A stretch of DNA of 64,000 bases, from assembly GCA_047967505.1 (NCBI GenBank), contig CM106538.1; one strand, 5' to 3'. Below are positions 50,701 through 62,996 of the stretch, in pieces. The notes below the pieces were generated by a model. It was given only the letters and a program-made list of their open reading frames with translations, was not told where the DNA came from and made no database searches. A program made the position numbers and the translations under genes. Within the stretch, counting starts at the first letter, position 1; each line of letters begins with the position of its first letter. Source of the DNA: Dipteris shenzhenensis. Taxonomy: Eukaryota.

Positions 50701-51838
50701 ACTCCCACTGCAGCAATACATGGCATGACGCCAGAGGAGATGTATACTGGTAGGAAACCAAATATTTCTCATTTGAAAATTTTTTGTTGCATTGCCTATG
50801 TTCATGTGCCAGATGAGTTGAGGTCCATGTTGGATCCAAAAGCTGAGAAGTGCATCTTTATTGGTTATTTTCTGCAGCAGAAAGGATATAGATGCTATAA
50901 CCCTTCTACTCGTAAGTTTACAGTGAGCAAAGATGTTGTTTTTTATGAGATGAGCAGCTGGTATAAACCAGTAAATGTGATGATTGATGTAGATGCACAA
51001 AATGGTAATGATGCACAGAATTCATAACAACAATCACAAAATATTAGTGGACCTGCAGTGTCCTCTAGCGGTGGTTCACATACTTTGCCATGGACAGGCA
51101 GATTGAGATCAAGAGAATCTCCTCAAAGCAATGCAGATAGTGGTACGCAGGTATCATGAAAAGGAAAAGAGAAGGTAGATCAACCCATGTTTGATGTGAA
51201 TGCAGGTCACTCTTATGTGGATGGTGAATCCAGTGGCTCAGAATAGAGCATTGATGATGAGTTGGGTATTCCTTCTGTTGTTACACCTGGAGTAAGGAAG
51301 ACCAGGGATGTTTTGAGAGCACCTGGAAGTGAGCCTATTTTGCACAGGTCTACCAGAGCTAGATATCCTGTGGATAGGCTAAAATATGATGGATTTACAG
51401 CCATTCACTATGCCTATATGGTCAAAGTGATACAGGAACCAGAACCCACTTCTTTTGAGCAAGCCATGGGAAAAGAAAAATGGGAGAAAGCCATGGATGA
51501 AGAAATGGATGCCTTGGAAGCAAATGCTACATGGCAATTAGTGCCTTTGCCTAAAGACAAGAATGCAATTGGCTGTAAGTGGGTTTATAAGATGAAGCAC
51601 AATGCAGATGGTTCTGTGAATAGATACAAGGCAAGATTAGTTGTCAAGGGGTATGCACAGACATATGGCATTGATTATGAAGAAACATTCAGTCCGGTTG
51701 CAAGGATGGCAACCGTAAGAGTAGTCATTGCTATGGCTGCATCAAAGGGATGGTCTTTACATCAGATGGATGTAAAGAATGCCTTCTGGCACGGTGATTT
51801 TTAAGAAGAGGTCTTTATGGAGCAGCCACCAGGTTATG
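47767..51838 (+). mobile_element. Ty1/Copia family A, copy 3: 5' LTR (47767-48118), PBS and degenerate gag-pol, truncated within RT
   Basis: PBS at 48119-48130; gag ATG at 48661 (MASDSLSQIVTEKLDK); YVDSGASNHM; integrase core; RT ends after EQPPGY. Confidence 0.95.
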
Positions 51839-53789
51839 ATATAGAAATTTGAAATATCATTCTACCATCCCCAACTACTCTCATAGTGGTATATGGCATT
51901 GAATACAACAAATAAAAAAAATCTAACATAAAGAAACTCTAAACTTTGAAGTGGCTAACAATATATGCAATACATAACATGAATTTTATTCATGTGGCCA
52001 TACGCTATTTTTGAAGTTGACCAAGTAGACGTGAAATTCCTTAAAAAGGGAGGCCATATGCTATTTTTGAAGTTGAGCTCATATTTTGCCAGTAGTCTCT
52101 CAAAGCATGAGTAGGTAGTTTGAGCATCCTTTCGTGGATGAGGAGCTTGAGGAGGCCTAACACTCCTCATAAGTGCCTAGCAGAGGATGGACTATCTCTG
52201 GCATTCTTCGGGTTCTTTTTAGGAGCACATTCACACCGCCTTTGTTTGGCCTTACAAGAGTTTTTAAATTTGGTCTCCCTTCCATAGTTCTTGAGCTAGG
52301 GTGGAGTTGTTTGAGAGAGACACTCTATGCAAGTGTAGACTGATTTCTCTACTGGACATTGCATACAAGATCTTGGCTAAGACATTGAGCTTGTGACTTT
52401 GGCCTCATATTGTGGATAATGTGATATCAATTAAAATATATTGAACAATGCAAAGCAATAGCTTGCATGTAACACCTATCAATTTCACACCTAGAATGAT
52501 ACCCAAAGAATCCACACGTGGGTCATGGAAAACATTAAAAATGTGTTGAGAGGAAAAGAGAAACAATTGATGGATTAGAAAAGTTGATTTGGGATTGAGT
52601 TGAGAAATTGTGTACTCAAACTCAATAGGTCATCGCGGTTGAAGGTTTTTCTAAATGAAGATGCAAGTGCTAAAGTTGATGTCATGAGGTACTCTTTATC
52701 TTGTGCACAAAAACCCAATGTTTAGCCATTCTCTTGCCTTACCTTATAAATCCTTGTGGGAAATTTCTCTCTGATTTCTCCTGTCTCTTATAGGGATGTC
52801 TGCAATGTACAAAGATAGATTTTCCTCTTGCACATATGCATGTCATTGCTTTGAAGCATCTCATCATCACTATGTCAAAATCGTTAAATGAGAACTAATT
52901 GCTCAAGTTTATTCCTCATATTTGTTTCAGCCCCTGGAGGCTAATTAACTTACATTTACACATAGGTTTATCTTTTAAGACTATTCTAAAATAATTTATT
53001 TTGTTTTTAATTTCATGTTAAATGTTGAGGGGGGGAAGGTGCACATGCTTCCCCAAACATTCTAGAAAAGAATAGAGCCCTACTATTTCACTAAACTGAG
53101 CCATATAACTAAGTTATAAAGCATTATAATATTTGTGTTGGTCCTATACACTTTACAAATGACCCATCAGCAAACAATCACGCTCCCCTTCTCTCTTTAG
53201 TGCCTCGTTTTATGTCCCCTTAATGGCACTCCTCCTCTTCCCATTGATTCCCTTCCCTTTAATTGGCATACCTCCCCTTCCCCCTTAAATTAAGCGTGCA
53301 CTGGGTCCTCTTCTTTTTCACCCCTTCCCCATTCACATCCACTAAATAGTGCCATTTAAAAAAATGAATGTTTTACATTTACTACAAAGTCATGACATAT
53401 TCAATTTCCTTGCAGACCATTGGCTATTCCCTTCTAGACTAACAAGCATTCTCAATGAACTCACTAAACAAAATATAGTATGAATAACAAGACAAAAGTG
53501 CAACAAACTATTTTCCAACCTTTTTCTTTTTTGTCATTCCCTTGTGGGCCAACAACATCATACTTCGAAGAGGGAGACTACGGCAATTCTAACATCTTCA
53601 ATTGGAAGATGAAAATGCATGGTAACACTTTTATTTGATTGGTTCTAAGCAAATAGCTAGATCTCAAGCTGATCCCTTTCTTGAACAGCTCATGAATTCT
53701 AGAGTACGTTGAAATTTGAAAAGTCACAATGATAAGTGAATCATCCTGGAGGTGTATCCTATAGTGCATGTTGGAGCTACACACTTCCA

Positions 53790-54827
53790 CTAACATGGGT
53801 CAACCACAGGACCGCTTGCCACAACACAGTCTCGGTTGATGTGATTGCACCACTGAAACAATTGGGTTTGATCCTGGCACAAGAACAAACAGACAAGCAA
53901 TGAGGGACGAAAATCTAACCTAGTTTAGAGGAATCAAAAGAAGAACTTCATGTCTTGTATTTAAGTAGAGGATTAAGACGGGCAGTACACTCACGTCGAC
54001 GTTACATGTTGCTGTGCGAATGCCATCATTTGCTAGATACAAGCACTGCACAGTAGCCTTGTTGAGGAAGAGGAAGTTAGAACCGCCCACCGGAAGGAAC
54101 ATGAACTTCTGACGATCGTCATTGCCGTCACAGTTTATGGTGAAAAGAGGGTCTCCTTGGTTGGGACCAACATACAAGCAGTAGCTGACACCGGATGGCT
54201 CGGCAGCTATTTGGCTCCAGCCATTTCCATCGGGAGCCGTCGGCCCGAACTTGTAGTTTACTGAGGTGAAAGGTCCCCACTCGCAGCCATAGTTGATCAT
54301 CCTACCACCCTGAAAACCGTAGTTTCCCTCAACGTTCCAGCACCCATCGCTGGCACTGTTGTAGACCGCCGTCCCTTCAAACATCTGGAGTAGAACCCCT
54401 GCATGCAGCCATGGCAACAGAGCAACAAAGGTATGTAAGACACAATTGTTTGAGGTCTCGTCTACGTATAGGCCTACTCATTCTAAGATGTGTTGCGAAG
54501 TGTTAACTGGGTTCTAGCAAACCAGAAAGACAGAGATGCTCGATCGTGGGCTTCACATGAGAGTGTGGTCTAACCTATAATAATATTTGCTGCCTGGAAT
54601 GATTCTACGGCAGGGGTTGTGTAGGTGACGAGGTCGAGGCCAGCCGCCGGAGCTGCAAAGGTTTCGAAGAGTTGATAATAAGCTCCACCTTTGATAATGC
54701 TTACAGCTCCCTGAAGAGGCGTGCTGCTGGAACCCGCAGGGATTGGGGTGCAAGCCTGCCCTCCATGCAGAAGCGAGCTGGCAAGGAGGATGAGCGAAAT
54801 CAGAGAACGGAAACAGTTAGCGGCCAT
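53790..54827 (-). CDS. Three-exon gene for a secreted Cys-rich protein with a ricin-B-like beta-trefoil lectin domain (246 aa); exons 54827-54575, 54398-53995, 53873-53790
   Basis: Signal-peptide-like MAANCFRSLISLILLASSLLHGGQA. Both introns are GT..AG with matching phases (phase 1: G|GTTAGA...TGCAG|GG; phase 0: GAC|GTGAGT...GCCAG|GAT), giving 741 nt with no internal stop. Three subrepeats: CWNV..C..YKF, CLYV..C..QKF, CLYL..C..QLFQW. The region retains CpG. Confidence 0.8.
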
Positions 54828-55699
54828 AATCAGTGTGTAGAAGTGGAAAGTGCATACGTGAGTGGTAGCTGCTGTGAGAATGGAGCACACAGCCCGTGGT
54901 TTTGAAGGAGGGCAAGGCGAGGCCGCGTGATTGATCCAGCTAAGCGTGAGCTGCATCTCTTTGTAGGATGCAGACGGCATTTTTTGTAGCACACCCCTGA
55001 CCAGGGCGTAGAATGGACCAAGGTCCTTTGTCTGTTTCGTTCAATATGATTGCTCTCGATATGCTCTGGAGAAGCCGATGATGGTCTTCGTCAACTTAGT
55101 CGCATTGCGCATCGCATTGAATAGGAAGGTCTGCTTGCTCTCCACACACAGTCTCGCTAAGCCTATAACGTATGTTAATAAGCTGATCAAGCGAACCAAG
55201 CGAATCCCAACAAAGCGGATTTACGCCACCCAGTATCTTCGTTGAGTCGCTTTGACACCTACATCATCATGACACAAGGTACAACATTTCATGAGAGAAG
55301 CCACTCAAAATCCTTATCCTCAAGTGCTAAACTTGCATTACTATAGCAACATATAGGCTAAGTGAACATTGATTTCTAAGAGTAGGCACCTCCCATCTAA
55401 CAAACATAATGCGTTGAAAAAACCAAATAAAACCATTAGCTTCTAGAATGGAATGCTTCCATGATTGATATTTTTCAATGAGGAATGTCTCATTGTTTTT
55501 AAATGCTTTTAAATGCCAAGATAGAGGTTTTATTTCAATGTTTTATAATCGCAAATATTCCTATTTGTAATCTCAATTTCATTGCATCACACTTTGCTAC
55601 GTGACAAAAGATGAATATTATTCTATGCATTATGCACATGTAGTATTAATCGTCTATACTCCTCGAGAAGTCCTCAAGGGTACAAGATTAAGAAACCCT

Positions 55700-56620
55700 T
55701 GAAACGACATGCATGTATTTTTAAAATCTTTATCCATTATAACTTCTATGTGCTATATGGTAACAGTTATGTGCTATGCATAGTAGTGCTAACTGATAGT
55801 ACATTGCTAAATGCAAAGTGCTAAGTATGCTAGCATGGCTAGGTGCTAAGTGCTATGTTTCTATAAAACTGCTATGTGCTATACATAGTAGTTCTAAGTG
55901 ATAGTATAGCACTACTATAAGTGGTATGTGCCATATATAGTAGTGCTACATGACAATACATTGCTAAACTCGAAGTGCTAAGTGCTAGCATTGCTAGGGG
56001 CTAAGTGTTGAGTCTCTATAAAACTGCTATGAGCTATATGGTAACTACTACATACATCCATAGCAATGCTAAGTGAAAGTATAGAACAGTCACTATACTT
56101 ACTGCTACGTGATATATATAGGAGTGCTACATGATAGTATAGCACTACTATAAGTGATTCATGCCATATGTAGTAGTGCTAAGTGATAGCATAGCACTAA
56201 CGTAGCTATGATGGTTCGGGGGCTCACTATGTATAAACCATATATATCACGTGCATTCAAGGCTCAAGCCCTATTTATAAAACCCCTTATCTGTGATTTT
56301 TCTATTAATAAAGTGCACCCTTTTCCTATTCAATCTGTAAGTTTTTTCCCAAAATCCTTTCTACAACACCCTTCTGTCTGTAAAAATGTCAGAAAAAATA
56401 AAATTAAATATGCCTTTATGTTGAACTCACATGATAGTCACATATATTATTGAGTGATCCCCTTGAGCTACGATGTGCTATACATATAACAGTGCTAACT
56501 GATAGTATAGCACTATAACCATTACCTGCTATACATAGTTGTGCTAAGTGATAGTATATCACTCCTACAACTACTATATGCTATACATGGTAGTGATAAG
56601 TGCTAGTATCGCATTGCTAT
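55700..56620. repeat. Degenerate TAGTGCTAAGTGATAGTATAGCAC-type tandem repeats (5' region of the Sola2-like element)
   Basis: Recurrent motif, also present at 34550-34700; 55710-55765 matches about 30320-30375. Confidence 0.7.
56218..56462. mobile_element. Putative small TIR element
   Basis: GGGGGCTCACT...AGTGATCCCC interrupts the tandem repeats. Its right end resembles about 31500-31586 (ATGTTGAAC.CACATG...TTGAGTGA.CCCC). Confidence 0.5.
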
Positions 56621-57243
56621 ATGGCAACTACTATGTTCTCTATTTCCATTTCATCTAGACATTGTCTCTTGAAATTATCCAATACTCTACCATCTCGATT
56701 TCCATTTCAGCTAGATCAATATATATCTCCTCATCTTCCATTTGGATGCAAATACTCACATCCAACACTATTTACAATTTTGTTCTTTTTCCATGCACTT
56801 GCTTGCTATATGGCTCATTAGCATGCAAATGGTCATTGCATTTTATAATACACATCATCAACCTTGACAACATGCCCATTGGCCTATTTGTGTTTTGAAG
56901 CATTTTAGGCCACATTACACTTATTTGGGATGTCCAATTCTACTAATGTGTATCGTCTGAGGGGGGGGAAATGGTGGCTAAAAATATAGCTACTCCCGTG
57001 AATTTTGAAATTTTACACCTCCCACCCATCAAATCTTGAAAGATTAAGTACTTGCAACCTGCCCCTACTCTGCAAATGCCCTGCAACCCGCAACCTTGAC
57101 GTGACCTTGCATAGACTTTGGTTTGCCATTGTCTTCTCTTGGGTAAGTTGTCTTCTATTCTTTGCTTGCCTCACCATCTAGGTTCTCTAGGTCTATTCTA
57201 GACTAATTGTGGCTATGGCATCAATGGCAACATGTAGCTCGCC

Positions 57244-60200
57244 ATGGCTTACAAGAGAGGCAAACAAACGCTACCAGACATGAAAGCTGAAAAGCTGGGT
57301 CAAGGCACAAGGAATAGATTGCGGGTCAAGAAAAGCGTTGGCATAGTATCGAAATGGCAATGGAATATGCTTTTGCAACATCTGCGAAGGGAGAAACAAC
57401 ACGAAGAAAGAAGACTCCTTGCAAAGCAGCAGCAAGAAGTAGTTGCAAATGCACGCATTCGATCATTGCCATCAAAGCAAAGAACACGAGATGTGGTGTC
57501 ACAATTGGTGGGAGCATTCGAGGTAGTAACATCAGGCCATTCAGGTGATTACGAGCCTTGAGTCTTCACAAGCTTTAGCTTGCATCCTAAAGTTTGTAGA
57601 GTAACAACCCTACCAACACCTCGAGAGATGCACGCCCAAGAGGTGATGCTCTCTAACTTGCGAAATGGCCTATAGAAAGTAAAAGGGGTGAACAGCTTAG
57701 ATCAACTAGCTACAAACAGGGTGACATTAGCTATGTTGGTGTCTCTTGAAAGAAAGGAGAAATAGCTTGGGTGCACAATATCAAAGATGTTGTCAATCAG
57801 GAGGACCAACGTGGCTCCATCGACAATGGTTAAATGTAGAGCAGAAGCAATGCACGATAATCCCAATCAGAGAAGTTTGCAGGCTTCAATAGAGTGCAAG
57901 AAAAGGAGAGACGGCCCAAGCGTGGAAGTCATTTCTACAGTGATGAGGTTTTAGCACGAAAATACAAGAGTTTCTCTAAGTAGAAAGGACATCTGTAAAA
58001 AGAGGATGGGATGGAAGGTGTTTGAGCACCACATCATACACATGCTAGATACAACGCATGTCAGTGGTGCGTAAACCAGCCCGATGGTTGTTTGTGATTG
58101 AGCTTTGGGACAGTTTACTTGTTTCATTTCTTAAATCAGTCTTGGACTAAATGTGATTGTCCTAAACCAGCCCGATGGTTGGAACATCATGCAACCATAA
58201 GCTGGTTCAACTCAATTGCCAGTTATGTGATTGTCCTGAACCAGCATGGTTGAACAAACATTAGTTGTCCATCCCAGTGGCGTGGTTGAGCAAAATTAAC
58301 CTCAACTATATTCTTATTTTACTAAACCAGCATGGTGGTTGGAGCATTATGCAATTGTAGCTGCTTCAGCTCAATCACCAGTTATGTGATTGTCCTGAAC
58401 TAGCATGGTTTAGCCTCGGTTGAGCAGACAATAGTTATTAATCAGCCCAGTGATTGACATTATTATTGTGTTTCTTAGTACTTAAATTCATCAAATTTAA
58501 TTTCCTACTATTTGGGTCATATACCACCATTTCTAGACCTGATTGTGTTCCTGTCTTGTTTTAGCAATGCAAAAAGGTGGCTCACTATTCTGTTGTTCTT
58601 CCATGTTGGGTCAGCCGGATGGAGTTGTATCTCAAGTTAATGGATCAGAATTCAAACATTTCAATTAGGCAGAGGAGCTTTAAGCATTATCAGCCCTGGT
58701 ACATCAAGAAACTCAAAGACAGGAATGTTTGTTGCTGCAAAACACACATAGACTTTGACCTAGCTTGGCAACCTATGAATGACTTGAGATCTAGTCGTGT
58801 TGGAGCCTTGCTTCATGGGGATCGATGTCCATGTCTCCCCAATGAATGCGTAGTCTATAGGCCACCTGGATCCGCATCATGTGTTGCAAGGGAGAGCAAG
58901 TTTTGTGGCCTAAGGTTTCTATTGGAGCCAATGGTTTGTCCAAAGGGAGACTGTTGGTGGCACCGCATTGAATGCATTCATGGCACATTGCAGTTTCAAG
59001 GTGAAGAAGAAGACATTCAATGTCTATCCAAATGAAATGAGGGAAGACAACCATGTTGCTCTAAAATAGAGAAGATTTGAAAATGTCAATGTTGAAGGAT
59101 GTGATAAAAAGAGATGGCTATTGTATATAAGAGCACTCAGCCAAGGGAGCTTATAGGTCATGTGGTTCAATCCATCCCAAAATATATGCTTCACAATTTC
59201 AGGGCCAGCTGGTAGGATAAGCAGTTCAAGACGTGCCTTGCCAATTTTCCCCATGACACTAATGTCTCTGTCATAGATTTTGCTAAAAATTATTCATTTC
59301 AAGGACAAGATGAGATACAAAGTGCTCACTGGTACAACAAGAAGATAACAATTCTTGTGCATATCACGTACAATCATTTTCTTGATTCTTCCATGCCTGA
59401 TGTCAATCTACTTTGCCGACTCATAGGAGTCCAGGTCAGTGCAACGCACATACCATTTCTACAATTTAGATGATAGGGAAGATGACACCTTATTTTGTAG
59501 CATGCTTTCCTACTATATTAAGAATGGCTAAAAAAGGAAAATCCCCATGCAAAAAAATATAAAACAACATTGGGTGTGGTCAGATGGTGCTGCCTCTAAA
59601 TTTAAATCAGCCCGTTGATTCTACTTCATCTCAAGGTTCAAATCCCTGACCGGTCTTGATCTAGAATTTCTTTAAGTCTAGCCATGGCAAGGGTAAACAT
59701 GATGGATGCATTGTGATTACTAAGCATGCTCTATTTAAACACCAATTAATATGCCCTCAAGAAAAACTCAATGATGCCCATGATGCGGTAACATGGCTTA
59801 TAGCCAAGCTCTCCACAAGCGCACATTCAGCATACAGTAAACAAAGCCTTAAGAATACTATAGAAGCCAGGATGAGTGTGAGAAAATTAAAGGAGTTCGT
59901 GGTGTGCATGGCATATGGGGCTTTTCAAACAACCAACTGATTAAAACTTTCTTATTTCTGTAGTGCATGCATCATAGGGGATCATGACGATTGTGAGAAC
60001 ATTACAACTGTGAAGACATGGGAGGGACTTCAGGTTTTCCCTCTAGGTTCATATGGAGTGACAAAAAATTGAGAGAAAAACGACTCGCCTTAGTTTGGGG
60101 AGAGTTTTGATGACGTCACTAACTGTCTAGAAGAAGGGGATAACTTTGCAGTTGTTGCTCCATCTAAGATGAACGAGGAAGATGACCCATAGTTTTTGTT

Positions 60201-60482
60201 GCAGTGCATAAAACCTAAGCACAAGGTTGAGGAAGCATTTAAGGATAATTAGGGAACAACCTATGAGAAGTGGGATGTCGTAGTCGAAGCTTTATGGTAC
60301 CCAAAAACATCCAAGAGAGGCCACAATTACGAACTGCTACATTTGTTTACTCTCATCTAGTAAGATCTATTAAGTTCCAGATGTAACCTATGTCACAATG
60401 AAAGAAGAGTGTCTTCAAATTGGATTTAGACACGCATTAGCACATCTTGGGGTGTCTTGGAGCAGTGGATGAGGATGACTGA
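57244..60482 (+). pseudogene. Sola2-like DDE transposase pseudogene with a probable intron (~58060-58600)
   Basis: Basic N-terminal exon, then FKHYQPWYIKK..RNVCCCKTH, WVWSDGAASKFKS, SSHGKGKHDG and a C-terminal LEEGDNFAV...FLLQC..P; multiple stops and frameshifts. Confidence 0.7.
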
Positions 60483-61309
60483 GATAGTACTAAGAGAATG
60501 TAGTCTAATTGTAAGGAAAAAATATTCCACTTATCCTAGAAAATGGAAAATGTATTTGAGACTATGCTTCTTTCAGTAAATCCCAAACTAACCACACCAC
60601 ACTTGTTTTTGGAAATCCCAAACGATAAATCCCATGCTTTTTAGTGTATCCCAAACAACCACCGAGCTCGTTTTATTAAATTGTTTTTGTAAATCCCAAA
60701 CGATAAATCCCATGCTTGTTTTTAGTATATCCCAACAACCACCACACTGGTTTTATTAAATCCCATAACAAATGCACACATCCACAAATCCATTAATCTT
60801 GTAATAATAGAAGCAAACCACTGCGCTAGTGGCTGTTAATATCCTAGTGCAACCAACCACCACGCTTGCGATGACGTATCATGTCCTACTATCGTGCTAC
60901 CCTCAAATTTGTTGCATAATGCTATACTAAAACATACCCCTTTAGATTGGTTATCTTTAACTGTCACATTTCAACCACCGGGCTACTTAAAACATTTAAG
61001 TACTAACATGAAAACAGGTTGACACAAAATCAGGTATTCCGAGCACCATATAGATCATGGATGATGGTAGGCTGAGAAAGTCCACAAGTCCAAGAAATGT
61101 CTGCAAGATTTTTACTTTTTCAAAATACGACGACAATCTGTGGCTCAAGGAAATTCCAAACTCCCAACTATCTTATCAACCTCTTTATAGCAAGCATCTC
61201 CCAGCCTGGGATTTTTTAGTATGTTTTTTTTAAGAAAAGAATGTGTTTTTTGAATTGAAAACGCTTGTGGACGTTTAAAACACACAAAATGCATTTTTAT
61301 TAACCGGTC

Positions 61310-61530
61310 AACGTACACCGGTTGACTGGCTATATACCACTTTGTGTATCCCAACACCTTCCGGTATTTTGTAGGATACACTAATAGGAAAATACCGGAC
61401 AGTGATGGGATACACCGAGCAGTGAAAAAAATACCGGTCGGTGTAGCACTACACCGATCGGTGAAACCCTACACCTGTCAGTGTATTGGGATTACACCAG
61501 TCGATGTAGTGCTACACCAGTCGATGTGCA
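61310..61530. repeat. Cluster of TACACCG/ACCGGT short direct and inverted motifs (subterminal-like repeats)
   Basis: Repeated TACACC(G/A)G and CGGTGTA motifs. Confidence 0.45.
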
Positions 61531-61619
61531 CGGATAGAACACGTGGTGTGCATGCATTGGCCACAACCAAAATAACTTGAGCTAGGAAGCTCAGATGAAG
61601 ATGCTATTGTAAGAAGCAC

Positions 61620-62996
61620 ATGGCCGAACATCAGTTTTGCGACTGGTGTACTAAGCAGGTTTTTCAATAAGTTCCGGGAGAACCATTGGAGGGCAGGGAT
61701 GCAGGTGCTGAAATACATCAAAGGCACACTTGATTATGGCATCACCTATACCAAGGGCAACATCTTGACCAGATTCTGTGACTCGGATTGGGCAGGAGAC
61801 GTGGACAGCAGGAGATCAGTGACAGGGTACTGTTTCTCACTTGGATCTGGAGTTGTGTCATGGGTCAGCAAGAAGCAACCCACAGTTGCTCTTTCTTCTA
61901 CCGAGGCCGAGTACAAATCTGCATGCTTTGCTTCTTGCGAGGCAGTGTGGTTGAGGAGGATTTTGGGGACATGGGTGCAGTGCAGATGCAGAACAAGCCT
62001 ACGCAGTTATCATGTGACAATCAGAGTTGCATGGCGATTACAAAGAACCCGCCACGCTCGCACAAAACACATTGAGATTCAATATCACTTTGTACGTAAG
62101 GTGATCATGGATGGAGAGGTCGACTTGGTGTACTGTCCGATTATAGAGAGTGCTGCGGACATCTTCACGAAGGCTCTTGGAAGAGACTTACTAGAGAGGC
62201 ATCTTCATCGACTTGGCATTGGGCCGAAAAAGTAAGTTCACTTGCGGGTGGATATTGAGGGGGGGTGTTATATATCAATGCTCCACTCTCGTGTAAGGCG
62301 GGAACCAGCTAACTCTACTTGTAAGCCCCCCATATGAGGAGAAGGCATTTGAGTAGCTCGGTTATCCAATAGGTCCTGGTTTGGACACCAAATGGGGGCC
62401 ATGTGTGGCCTGATGGCTGGACGGCTTCAGATAGAGTTGGCACACCGTCAACTAGGCTACATGCAAGTGTGGGAAGGCATCCCTTGACTGACCGCACTGA
62501 GGGTAGACGGAGCATTTCACGGGGCAGCCCACTCTCGGGTTGCGAGGCCCGTTTGGAGCCTCAAATGATCCCGAATGGCTCTTGGCCGAACGGAAAAACC
62601 GTAGGTTAGTTGCTCTGTTTTGCGCACCAGTTCTATCGTATGGTCAGTGGCCTATTTCGGGACCGACCCCCAGTCGACCGTTTTGGGCGGACTGGGTTGA
62701 CCACCCAATTGAGCCTAACCGACTACGACTGCTGGCTATATAAGAGCAAGCCCGTGAAGCCCATTTCATCACTGGCTACAGCAACCCTTATTCCTTAGCA
62801 TTCAGCCTCCGTCTCCTACTGTTTCCAGCACGCCATCGAAGCTTCTTTCACAGGAGCGCACGGTTGGGAGGCAGCACCATCTATTGTATTAGTTCTACAG
62901 TAATCAAATTTTTGATTCTCCATACTATCTTGTTTTCTCTCTTGCGTACGAGATCCTGTTATCTATTGAGCACAGACGACTTATTATTTTCTTACA
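61620..62996 (+). mobile_element. Ty1/Copia family C: RNase H fragment, PPT and complete 3' LTR (62266-62996)
   Basis: FCDSDWAGDVDSRRSVTGY, TKHIEIQYHFVR, ADIFTKAL; GAGGGGGGG followed by TG...TTACA. Confidence 0.93.

Noticed and set aside
54828-54992. Upstream in-frame extension of the lectin-like exon 1 (ORF starting at 54992)
   Set aside because: The ATG at 54827 gives a clean signal peptide; the extension is probably 5' UTR, although this is untested.
22099-62996. Family C 5' LTR (22099) and 3' LTR (62266) as the two ends of one heavily nested element
   Set aside because: The flanking 5-mers differ (CATAG vs CTTAT) and the two LTRs differ by many substitutions and indels.
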